Below are positions 55,896 to 64,000 of a stretch of 64,000 nt of DNA, piece after piece. A program made the position numbers and the translations under genes. Position 1 is the first letter of the stretch; each line of letters opens with the position of its first letter. Origin of the DNA: Bacillota bacterium (GTDB lineage Bacteria; Bacillota; UBA4882; JBLNCG01); assembly GCA_050260475.1 (NCBI GenBank), contig JBLNCG010000019.1, forward strand, positions 10,166-74,165, read 5' to 3'. The notes under the pieces are model-generated. The model saw only the letters and a program-made list of their open reading frames with translations. It had not been told where the DNA came from and ran no database searches.

Positions 55896-56013
55896 GCAAT
55901 TTGCGTTGTTAATAATGATCACGTCTTGCACTAACTAAATATCGATAGCCTAATGGCAGCCATACATTATATTTAGTGGCAAGACCTTGAATCAAGGTAA
56001 CAACGCAATTGCC
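55896..56013 (+). repeat. Intergenic palindromic repeat, copy E10 (full length), between hydG and hydF
   Basis: GCAATTTGCGTTGTTAATAATGATCACGTCTTGCACTAACTAAATATCGATAGCCTAATGGCAGCCATACAT ... GGTAACAACGCAATTGCC. Confidence 0.9.
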
Positions 56014-56016
56014 TTC

Positions 56017-57396
56017 TCAATAATATAAATCCCTGTTTCCGCCCTTAATCTGCATGAGTTTATCCGAAACCTCCCCGCGGATGACGGGATCCAGGCAGGA
56101 TAAATGTCGTTCTATCGCCGTCCTGCCCTTTTCCTCCAAATCCGCATCAGCGTAATCCTGCAAGTATTCCTGAAAGGTCAGAATGGCGTTGGGGGCGCAC
56201 ACTTTTTTTATTTCGCCGGATTTCGCCAATGCCATAAACCTGTCCCCGGTGCGGCCCTGCCGGTAGCATGCCGTGCAAAAGCTGGGCAGGTAACCGTCAT
56301 TCAAGAGCTCCAGAATAATTTCAGAAATCCGGCGGTGATCGCCCACTTCAAATTGCGGCGTGGATGTTTGCGCCCCGTATCCCCCTACCGTGGTACGGGA
56401 GCCGGCGCTGATCTGTGAAACTCCGAGCGAAATAACCTCCCTTCTGAAGGACGGTTCTTCGCGGGTGGAAAGGATAATCCCGGTGTAAGGAAGGGCCAGC
56501 CGCAGCAGGGCCACGATGCGGCGAAATTCCTCATCCGATACCAGCGGGAAGCCGTCCAGCCGGACCCCCGGCGCAGGCCTCAAACGCGGCACGGAAACCG
56601 TATGCGGTCCGACCCCGAACTTTTCCTCAAGATGGGCTGCGTGAATAATAAGCGACACCACTTCAAATTTATAGTCATACAGCCCGAAAAGGACTCCGGC
56701 TCCCACATCATCGATACCCGCCTGCATAGCCCGGTCGAATGCGGACAACTGCCGGTCGTAATTCCGTTTGGGCCCGGCGGGATGGACTTTCTCATAAGTG
56801 GGCCGGTGGTAAGTCTCCTGGAAAAGAATATAAGTACCGATCCCCGCCGTTTTTAACCGCCGGTAATCATCGACGGAGGCGGCGGCAATATTAACGTTGA
56901 TTCTGCGGATATTTCCCCGCGCTTTGCGGACGCGATAAATGGTGTCCATGGATTCCAGAATATAAGACAGCGGCGCATGGGCGGGATCCTCACCGGCCTC
57001 CAGCGCCAGCCTTTTATGACCCATATCCTCAAGGATTTCAACTTCACGGGCGATTTCCGCCTGGGAAAGCCTGCGGCGCCCCGTCCCGTTCCCGCACCGG
57101 TAGCCGCAGTAAATACAAGAATTGACGCAATAATCCGAAATATACAGAGGGGCAAAAATAACGATCCGTTTTCCATAAATCTCTTCTTTGATATGACGGG
57201 CCGCCCGAAAAACCTCCGCCCAGACCTCCCCGTCATCGGTTTGCAGGAAAACCGCCGCTTCATCCGGGGATAAACCGCGGCATGAACGCGCTTTGGCCAG
57301 CAGTCCTTTATAGCCGCCGTTTTTACGGCCGGATTCGATTGCCGCGTGAACGGACTCTTCCATAAGCCAGCTTGATCCAGATTCCTCCGAAATCAT
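56017..57396 (-). CDS. hydG: [FeFe]-hydrogenase maturation radical-SAM enzyme
   Basis: Radical SAM CxxxCxxC (CVNSCIYCGYR). ThiH-like length of 459 aa. Confidence 0.8.
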   Translation of the reverse strand: MISEESGSSWLMEESVHAAIESGRKNGGYKGLLAKARSCRGLSPDEAAVFLQTDDGEVWAEVFRAARHIKEEIYGKRIVIFAPLYISDYCVNSCIYCGYRCGNGTGRRRLSQAEIAREVEILEDMGHKRLALEAGEDPAHAPLSYILESMDTIYRVRKARGNIRRINVNIAAASVDDYRRLKTAGIGTYILFQETYHRPTYEKVHPAGPKRNYDRQLSAFDRAMQAGIDDVGAGVLFGLYDYKFEVVSLIIHAAHLEEKFGVGPHTVSVPRLRPAPGVRLDGFPLVSDEEFRRIVALLRLALPYTGIILSTREEPSFRREVISLGVSQISAGSRTTVGGYGAQTSTPQFEVGDHRRISEIILELLNDGYLPSFCTACYRQGRTGDRFMALAKSGEIKKVCAPNAILTFQEYLQDYADADLEEKGRTAIERHLSCLDPVIRGEVSDKLMQIKGGNRDLYY

Positions 57397-58367
57397 TTTT
57401 TCCGCCTTCTTTCATAAAAAATGGAATGTCCAGGGCCTTTACCCATGACAAGGCCGCATTCATCCAGCAGTTTCACTAAACTGCGATACTCGTTGCAAGG
57501 ATCGTAAGGCTTCGCCTTGCCCGGATAGATCGTATAATCCTCCCGGTATTCCGCTGGCGTAAGATTGGGCATCACAACGTCGGCCCCGTATTGCAACCCC
57601 AGCAGCCTGCCCTGCGGATGCAACGTGGCCAGGGCTGTGGTGGACGGCATGTGCGCGTAAGGAAGCATAAGCCTGACACGCGCGATCATGCGCAAGGTCT
57701 CTGACAACTCCCCGCCTTGCTCCCTTCCGAAAGGGGTGTCCGGATGAGGGATGAAAGGTCCGATTCCCACCATATCCGGTCTCATCTCCCGCATCAATTT
57801 CAAATCCGCCCGGCAACCGCGATCCTCCGCCCCCGGCAGGCCCGTCATGAAACCCATGCCCACCTGGTACCCCATTTGCCTGAGTAGGATAAGATCCGCT
57901 AGGCGGTCCGCGAGCCGCCGGCCGGGGCGTAAATATCCATACAACTCCGGATCGGCGGTCTCATGACGCAAAAGATAGCGGTCCGCCCCCGCATCTTTCC
58001 ACAGCTTATACTCCTCCGCTTCCCTTTCACCAAGTGAGAGAGTAACCGCCAGCCCCATTCTTTTTATCCCCCGGATCACCGGGGCCAGCATTTCCGCGGA
58101 ACAGCCGGGATCCTCCCCGGACTGCAGAACAACTGTGCCATAACCCAATTTTTTAGCCAGACGCGCGCAGCTTAAGATTTCCTCCGGTTTCATCCGATAG
58201 CGCCGCACTTTTTCATTGTCCCTGCGCAGGCCGCAATACAGGCAATTGCACCGGCAATGGTTGGATATCTCCACAAGGCCGCGGAAATGAACCGCATTGC
58301 CCAAATGCTTCCGGCGGACCTGATCCGCCCGGGCCATTAATTGATTGTCAACCGGGCAAGTAATCAT
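57393..58367 (-). CDS. hydE: [FeFe]-hydrogenase maturation radical-SAM enzyme
   Basis: Radical SAM CRCNCLYCGLRR. BioB-like. Overlaps the hydG start. Confidence 0.75.
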   Translation of the reverse strand: MITCPVDNQLMARADQVRRKHLGNAVHFRGLVEISNHCRCNCLYCGLRRDNEKVRRYRMKPEEILSCARLAKKLGYGTVVLQSGEDPGCSAEMLAPVIRGIKRMGLAVTLSLGEREAEEYKLWKDAGADRYLLRHETADPELYGYLRPGRRLADRLADLILLRQMGYQVGMGFMTGLPGAEDRGCRADLKLMREMRPDMVGIGPFIPHPDTPFGREQGGELSETLRMIARVRLMLPYAHMPSTTALATLHPQGRLLGLQYGADVVMPNLTPAEYREDYTIYPGKAKPYDPCNEYRSLVKLLDECGLVMGKGPGHSIFYERRRKK

Positions 58368-58633
58368 TTTTTTGCCAGGGCCGCTCTGACCTTAACGCCG
58401 TGCAACCCTCCCAATTTTCCGGTCAAAGTGTTGATTTCATCTTCCGTTCCCTCCACGATAAGAGCCAGGATTCCCAGATTGCGCTCACGGTCGGGGATTC
58501 CCATCCTGCCGAGGATGATCGACCCGGCGTCGCTGATGGTTTTGCTAAGCTGAAACTGAACGGCCGCGGGATTTTCCACTATAATAGCGATGGCGCCGAT
58601 CCTTTTTTCCACTGTATCTCCTCCAAGAGACAA
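58364..58633 (-). CDS. TM1266-family putative iron-only-hydrogenase system regulator (ACT-like small protein)
   Basis: 89 aa. Its position upstream of hydE-hydG-hydF matches the TM1266-like family. Confidence 0.6.
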   Translation of the reverse strand: MSLGGDTVEKRIGAIAIIVENPAAVQFQLSKTISDAGSIILGRMGIPDRERNLGILALIVEGTEDEINTLTGKLGGLHGVKVRAALAKK

Positions 58634-58829
58634 AATTTAAACCGGACCATCCCCTCAAGGATGTCCGGTTTGATCGCGCATGAATAGGCGGATCAACCTT
58701 TATACCCTTGCCTTTCAGGATGAAATCCTTTGAGTTCAGGGAGCAAGGCCTGATTCCCCTTGGCCAAAAGCCGCAGGCTCTTGGTTTCAGGCTCATGATA
58801 TATCTATTTTACACCATTTCAAGATAAAT

Positions 58830-59711
58830 TTAAAGCTTATTAACCTCCAGCGACAGGTTGGATTTGCGGAGATCATCGGCCAGTTCGGCCTGTCGTTTGA
58901 GCAACACGCTGATATACAGGCTTTCCAGCACACAGAGTTCTGTAATTCTTTTTGCCATAACCTCCCCCTGCATATGTTCCGCAAACACGGCGGTCAAAAG
59001 AATGATATCGGAATTCTTTGCCAGGGGTGAAACAGGATAATTGGTGATGGAGATTGTCGTCGCCTCCGTCGTTCTGGCATATTTTACCACATCAACGAGG
59101 CTGCGCGTCCTGCCGGAATGAGAAATGGCCAGCAGCACATCCCCCGGCGCCATATGAGAGGCGGCGATCAACTGCAGATCGAGATCCGGGGAGGCGTAAA
59201 CCTCGTATCCTATCCTTATGAATTTTTGGAATCCGGATTGGGCTACGGTGAAGGCATCGCCCATCCCGCATAGAACGATTTTTTTCGCCGTACAGATTGC
59301 CTCCACGGCTTTTTTATATTCCTCTTTATGCAGGATATTCAAAGTATCCGTCAGGGATTGAATGGAGGCGTTGAATACCTTTTTTACCACGGTTTCCGGA
59401 TCATCCGCGCCGGTGATCCCTTCGTATAGCAAAACAGGACTTGTTTCCCTCTCTCTCAGCAGGTAGTTTTTCAAATCCGGGTATCCGTCAAAACCCAAAC
59501 GGCGCGCCAGGCGCATCATCGTCGCCTCACTGCAGCCCGCCTCCTGGGCGGACTCAACAATCGTAGCCGATGCAAAAAAGTCCGGCCTGGCGATGAGCAA
59601 ATCCGCGGCCTTTTTTTCCGCGGTTTTAAGGGAATCATAGATTGCCTGAAGTTTTACCAGGCAGCCGTGGGGTATCTTCCGGACTATATCCTCGCTTAAG
59701 CTGATCGGCAT
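58830..59711 (-). CDS. RpiR/MurR-family transcriptional regulator (HTH plus SIS domain)
   Basis: N-terminal HTH (LKTAEKKAADLLI) and C-terminal SIS. Confidence 0.75.
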   Translation of the reverse strand: MPISLSEDIVRKIPHGCLVKLQAIYDSLKTAEKKAADLLIARPDFFASATIVESAQEAGCSEATMMRLARRLGFDGYPDLKNYLLRERETSPVLLYEGITGADDPETVVKKVFNASIQSLTDTLNILHKEEYKKAVEAICTAKKIVLCGMGDAFTVAQSGFQKFIRIGYEVYASPDLDLQLIAASHMAPGDVLLAISHSGRTRSLVDVVKYARTTEATTISITNYPVSPLAKNSDIILLTAVFAEHMQGEVMAKRITELCVLESLYISVLLKRQAELADDLRKSNLSLEVNKL

Positions 59712-59740
59712 TTTTCACATCTCCTTATGCCAAACTTGAT

Positions 59741-61246
59741 TTATAGCTTCCGATTCAACTCCTTCAGCGTCCCGTATACCTGCTTGTAGATCCCATATTT
59801 CTCCTCGTACTGCTTTTGCAGCCCGGGATCCGGCAGGTATTCCCCGCTCAAGGAAACCGTCGCCTTTACGGCCGTTTCGAAAGACGGGTATACTCCCGCG
59901 GCGGCGCCCGCCAAAATCGCCGCGCCAAGGCAGGCGGCCTCCCTGACCTTCAGCGTTGAAACCCTGCACCCCGTGATGTCCGCTTTAATTTGCAGCCATA
60001 CCGGCGACCGCGCCGCCCCGCCCACGGCTCTCAATTCATTGACATTCACTCCCGCGCGCCGCATGGCTTCAATATTGATTTTCAATTCATAGGTTAAAGA
60101 ATCAAGGATGCCTTTCACCACATCATTTCTGGTAGTGGCCATGGTCAGTCCCAGGACGGCGCCTTTGGATTGCAGATCGCACCAGGGCGTGCCGCTGCCG
60201 TTGAAATGCGGAAGCACCAATACGGATGAAGGCCCTTGGGGAGCCCTGGAGATCATCAGAGTATAAGGATCCGCGCCGTTTCGCTCCGCTTCCCGCACCT
60301 CGACGCCGCCGAAATTATCGCGATACCACCTGAAAAGCAGCCCTCCCGCGTGGTTCAACGCGAATGTGAAATACATGTCGCTTTTGGCATGGCAATAACA
60401 GGGATAGTAGCTTTCGTACATGGCGTCATTCATCATCGGCTGAAAAAACGCGGTGGAAAGTACTTCCGCCGTACCATGGGAGTCGACGGCGATGTTCTCC
60501 CCAATCACCCCCGCACCCAATGCGGCGCATGTCTGGTCATGACCGCCTGCCACCAGCAGCGCGTCCCGGTTAAGCCCAAGATCGCCGGCAAGGGCGGGAT
60601 TGATTTTCCCCGCCTCCTCCCCGGAAGAAACCGCCCGGGAAAGCTTCTCCGGATCCACTCCCACCGCGCCGAGAATTTCTCCCGACCATTTTTTCCGGAT
60701 CGTATCAAAAGCCATGGTGCGGGAAGCCATGGTATAATCGACGACCGGTTCCGCCCCCAGTTTGGCCAGGATAAAATCGGCATATGTCATGAATTTATAT
60801 GTCCGGCTGTAATCTTCAGGCGTATTTTCCGCAAACCACAAGATTTTAGTGAGAGAGTTCATGGGGTGGGGCCGCATTCCCGTGATTTCAAACAGCTTTC
60901 GCTCCCCGACGGCGCGTGCGCAATCCTCTCCCTGCTTGACGGAACGATAATCCATGCCTAGCAAAGCGTTGTGCAGCGGCTTGATGTCCCGATCCACGGG
61001 TATAACCGCATCGCCCTGGACCGACAAGCTTAGGGCGCCGATTTTCTTGACGCCGCTTTCAAAGACGGCCTTGCGGATAACGTCCCTGGTCAATCTCCAG
61101 ACTTTTTCCGGATCCTGTTCCGCCCATCCGTGTTTGGGATAAATGATGTCATATTCATGAAAACCATACCCCCTGATATTGCCTTCGGGATCAAAGACGA
61201 TGGCCTTGCAGCCGGTGGTGCCCACGTCCAAACCCATGAGATGCAT
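59741..61246 (-). CDS. FGGY-family carbohydrate kinase
   Basis: MGLDVGTTGCKA ... HGWAEQDPE. ATG at 61246 with GGAGGTG 6 nt upstream. Confidence 0.8.
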   Translation of the reverse strand: MHLMGLDVGTTGCKAIVFDPEGNIRGYGFHEYDIIYPKHGWAEQDPEKVWRLTRDVIRKAVFESGVKKIGALSLSVQGDAVIPVDRDIKPLHNALLGMDYRSVKQGEDCARAVGERKLFEITGMRPHPMNSLTKILWFAENTPEDYSRTYKFMTYADFILAKLGAEPVVDYTMASRTMAFDTIRKKWSGEILGAVGVDPEKLSRAVSSGEEAGKINPALAGDLGLNRDALLVAGGHDQTCAALGAGVIGENIAVDSHGTAEVLSTAFFQPMMNDAMYESYYPCYCHAKSDMYFTFALNHAGGLLFRWYRDNFGGVEVREAERNGADPYTLMISRAPQGPSSVLVLPHFNGSGTPWCDLQSKGAVLGLTMATTRNDVVKGILDSLTYELKINIEAMRRAGVNVNELRAVGGAARSPVWLQIKADITGCRVSTLKVREAACLGAAILAGAAAGVYPSFETAVKATVSLSGEYLPDPGLQKQYEEKYGIYKQVYGTLKELNRKL

Positions 61247-61291
61247 GACGGCCACCTCCACGATATGGAATACCGGATAATACGGTACAGA

Positions 61292-61394
61292 GCAATTAAC
61301 GCTGCTTATGATGTTTTATGTCTTGCCACCGAATATCCATAGCCTAATAAATATTGGGCGGCAGACCTTGAATCAAGGCAACAACGCAATTGCC
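61292..61394 (+). repeat. Degenerate copy of the palindromic repeat (E11)
   Basis: GCAATTAACGCTGCTTATGATGTTTTATGTCTTGCCACCGAATATCCATAGCCTAATAAATATTGGGCGGCAGACCTTGAATCAAGGCAACAACGCAATTGCC. Confidence 0.75.
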
Positions 61395-61416
61395 TTCGGT
61401 AAAAAAGATGGGGGAT

Positions 61417-62829
61417 TTATTCCCCTCTCAGCCAGGCCCGAATTTTATCCTCCACCGGATCATAGAAATCGGGGTTAATGCCGATGTATCTGCAGGCTTC
61501 GTAAATAACCGGCAGGATATTGCCGTGGATACCTACGCAGTGGTGCACGTACGGGCCGGTGACGATCTTTTCCTCGGTGCGGGGCCAGTTTTCCACTTCA
61601 ATCCACATATATGTCCCGATGGTTTTGGGGCCTTCGATGCCCCTGGCCGTACCGAGCAGGATGGAGTAATTGCCGTTATCCCCGTCGAAGCGGAGCAGGC
61701 TGATTTCCCCGCCTTTGATCTCAGCGATTACGGAACCCGGGCAATGCTCGGGGAAGGCAAAGGGCCTGCCCAACCGGGCTTTGGTTTTCGCCAGTGAAAT
61801 GGGCCAGGGGCCGCAATGCTGCAGAAGCTCTCCATGGGGATTCTCCGGATGGCGCACGGACCAGTCGGCGAAGAAGGGTGGATTCTGGCCCATGGCCGCG
61901 GCCTGGGCCATGACGGCCGTGATTGCGCCATGGATATCCGTTTCGCAAACCACCGGAATCCCTTCATCAGTAAGCAGCGAATTGGCGGCGCAGGGCATCA
62001 CGTGCAGCACTTCCTGCAAGGAACTCCAGCACTGGATGGCAACGGCGTTGCAGCCGTAAAGGGCGGCCAGACGCTTCATGGCGGTTTTCATCGCCGCCAC
62101 CCTCCGCACGAATTCTTCGGGCACGGAGACTTCCATATTGGCCTTGATGTAATCCACGGTTTTCGCAACTTCCGGATCGCTGCTTTTTTCCAACTCCAGG
62201 ACTTTATTGGTGAATTCGGACATGGTGACGGGCCTGAGCTGAATGCCGAACCTTTCCAGCAGTTCGCCCTCGTTACACATCATGGTCCAGAAATCCGCAG
62301 GCCGGGTGGAAATCTGCAGAATCCTCATCTTCCGGAATTCCTTGACCACGTTGGCCGCGGCAAGAAAATTCCTCACGCCCCTCTCGAAAACCTCGTCCTC
62401 CAGGCGGCAGTTCACTATATAAGTAAACGGCAGGTTGAACCGGCGAAACACTTTGCCCGTTGCGAACAGGCCGCATTGAGTATCGCGCAGCCGGGCGCCG
62501 TCCGGCAGCGGGGCTTCATCCCGCGGCCCCCAGAGCAGGATGGGCACTTTTAGGGCATGGGCGACCTTGCATACCACATCCTCGGTGCCGAAATTGCAGT
62601 GCGGGAAAAATACCGCGTTCACGCCGGCATCCTTGAATTTTTTTACCACCTTGGCCACGTCTTCTTCGGCGTGCAGCAAGCCTTCTTCGTTGACATCCTC
62701 CATGTCCACATAATTCACGCCGAGTTGCTGCAGTTTCTGCTGGGTCAATTTTTTGAATTTATGGGCGTCTTCCTTGCTGAAGATGAACCTCCGGGTCGGC
62801 GCCAGGCCGATCAAGACTTTGTGATCCAT
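61417..62829 (-). CDS. L-fucose / L-arabinose isomerase-family protein
   Basis: 470 aa with the FucI/AraA-like fold. It sits in a sugar operon with an FGGY kinase. Confidence 0.55.
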   Translation of the reverse strand: MDHKVLIGLAPTRRFIFSKEDAHKFKKLTQQKLQQLGVNYVDMEDVNEEGLLHAEEDVAKVVKKFKDAGVNAVFFPHCNFGTEDVVCKVAHALKVPILLWGPRDEAPLPDGARLRDTQCGLFATGKVFRRFNLPFTYIVNCRLEDEVFERGVRNFLAAANVVKEFRKMRILQISTRPADFWTMMCNEGELLERFGIQLRPVTMSEFTNKVLELEKSSDPEVAKTVDYIKANMEVSVPEEFVRRVAAMKTAMKRLAALYGCNAVAIQCWSSLQEVLHVMPCAANSLLTDEGIPVVCETDIHGAITAVMAQAAAMGQNPPFFADWSVRHPENPHGELLQHCGPWPISLAKTKARLGRPFAFPEHCPGSVIAEIKGGEISLLRFDGDNGNYSILLGTARGIEGPKTIGTYMWIEVENWPRTEEKIVTGPYVHHCVGIHGNILPVIYEACRYIGINPDFYDPVEDKIRAWLRGE

Positions 62830-62888
62830 GTGTTTATCCCCCTTTTTGCTTGTTCCAACTGGAAAAAGTTAATCAACTCAAATTAAGG

Positions 62889-62975
62889 GCAATTTGCGTT
62901 GTAACTATATTTTTACGTCTTACCATTCACAACGCTTCTAAATATTGATAGCCTAATGATAGCCGCACGCCATAT
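62889..62975 (+). repeat. Truncated copy of the palindromic repeat (E12; left arm and core only)
   Basis: GCAATTTGCGTTGTAACTATATTTTTACGTCTTACCATTCACAACGCTTCTAAATATTGATAGCCTAATGATAGCCGCACGCCATATTTG. The right arm is missing. Confidence 0.75.
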
Positions 62976-62985
62976 TTGCTCCGGA

Positions 62986-64000
62986 TCAAGAAAACTCCTG
63001 TTTTGCGCCGATCAAGAGGATATCGGTATTGAAATCATGCATTTTAAACACGAACAAGCTCCCGTCATTGGCCAATACCGGTTTAGCCACGCGGCGGTTG
63101 GCGAGATCAAAAAGCGTCCAGTCATATCCGGAGAGATCCATCTTCACCTTGATGTCGGCGTTATAGGGGGCGTAGACGGCTATTTTCCTCGAGCCGTTGG
63201 ACACGCAGGCGGTGATTTCCCCGGTTTCGTTGACGATAATATCCGCAGGTTCCAAATCAAATAATTGATTTTGTTCAAAAATCCAGCGGGCAAATCCCGC
63301 ATCCCAGGCTCCTTGCAACTGCAGCGCCGCCCGCCACGGAAAAGGGGTGCCGGAGAAAGATTCGCTACTGAATTTCACATGCCGCCTGTGCCAGGACCAG
63401 ATCCCGTGGGCTCCGTAAGTGACACCGGCTTTGGCTCCGGACAAAAGGCTTTGCCAGACAGCTTTGCGCACATCGAAGGCGCTGAAGCGGCCGTATTTAT
63501 TGCCGTGTCCATGGCCTTCGTAACAAGGCTCCCCGTTGACGACGGGCTTTTTAACGGGCTTTTCCAAAAATTTACCGGCCAGGTAATAGGAGTTGTTTTG
63601 ATGTTCCGCCATATGGCTCGATTGATACATATAAAAATCAAGATGGGGGGATTGGACGAATTCCTCCGGCAGATCGGCGTTCCCGCCTGAAAGATGCATG
63701 GTGGTAAGCGCCTCCGGGCACATGGATTTGACGGTTTCAAGCGCCGTAAGGTAATGCTTTTTTAAAAGCTCCGATTCAAAAGCCGTATCACCGGAGATTA
63801 TATAGATGGGGTTGAATTCGCGGAAAGCGTTCACCACATATTCCGTATAGGGCTTCACCGCCTCCGCCGGCATGATGTAATCCGGATGCGATTTGGAAGC
63901 CCAGGAGTCGGGTACATAGTTGCACCACAACACCACCAGGGCCGCAGTAAATCCCTTTTGAGCCGCCGCTTCAACCATTTTACGGGCGCGCGTAAAATAC
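62986..64000 (-). CDS. Putative glycoside hydrolase (DUF4038 / GH140-like TIM barrel), partial with N-terminus beyond the window
   Basis: The ORF is open to the window edge. I have only weak family recognition. Confidence 0.4.
   Translation of the reverse strand, partial: YFTRARKMVEAAAQKGFTAALVVLWCNYVPDSWASKSHPDYIMPAEAVKPYTEYVVNAFREFNPIYIISGDTAFESELLKKHYLTALETVKSMCPEALTTMHLSGGNADLPEEFVQSPHLDFYMYQSSHMAEHQNNSYYLAGKFLEKPVKKPVVNGEPCYEGHGHGNKYGRFSAFDVRKAVWQSLLSGAKAGVTYGAHGIWSWHRRHVKFSSESFSGTPFPWRAALQLQGAWDAGFARWIFEQNQLFDLEPADIIVNETGEITACVSNGSRKIAVYAPYNADIKVKMDLSGYDWTLFDLANRRVAKPVLANDGSLFVFKMHDFNTDILLIGAKQEFS

Noticed and set aside
115-62975. The repeated 115-nt elements as a CRISPR array
   Set aside because: Their spacing is irregular and on the kilobase scale. 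They occur in both orientations and each separates ordinary genes. There are no short uniform spacers and no cas genes.

Overview
This 64-kb window looks like a chromosomal segment from a spore-forming anaerobic Firmicute of the Clostridia/Peptococcaceae type, at roughly 55-58% GC. I base that on the sporulation genes (spoIIM, prsW, a SafA-like LysM protein), the [FeFe]-hydrogenase maturases hydE, hydG and hydF, the ispH-rpsA fusion and the scpAB genes. I annotate about 60 protein-coding genes here; most are housekeeping genes on the minus strand. The main housekeeping genes are argC, a galactoside and sugar-kinase cluster, yebC, a GAF/HD-GYP protein, deoB and pdp, xerD, spoIIM, scpA/scpB and lysA. 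The minus strand also carries the ispH-S1 fusion, plsC, cmk, tyrA, hisC, aroH, ileS with a T-box leader, hydEGF with a TM1266-type regulator, and a sugar-utilisation block (RpiR, FGGY kinase, FucI-like isomerase, GH-like hydrolase).

The strongest signal not tied to any gene is a family of near-palindromic intergenic repeats about 115 nt long, present at 12 loci (9 full, 1 chimeric, 2 truncated). The consensus is GCAATTTGCGTTGTTATGATAATTTTACGTCTTGCCACTAAATATCGATAGCCTAATGGCAGCCATACACTATATTTAGTGGCAAGACCTTGAATTAAGGTAACAACGCAATTGCC. The copies almost always lie 30-80 nt upstream of a start codon or between convergent or divergent genes.

Other notable items are:
- a HutP-family RNA-binding protein gene followed at once by six NAG triplets with exact 4-nt spacers and four tandem heptads, directly upstream of an aroH-hisC-tyrA operon;
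- a plus-strand island holding a tri-repeat TPR-like protein, two PaaK/F390-synthetase-like adenylating enzymes, an amidohydrolase and archaeal-type aroB'/aroA';
- a flavodoxin-Cmk fusion;
- a split three-gene CoA-enzyme-activase-like cluster with a 15-bp perfect hairpin in its leader;
- tandem DUF3189 paralogues;
- a LysM / Cys-rich / small-membrane cassette bracketed by inverted copies of the repeat.

Coordinates of start codons and RNA elements are hand-derived and may be off by 1-3 nt.
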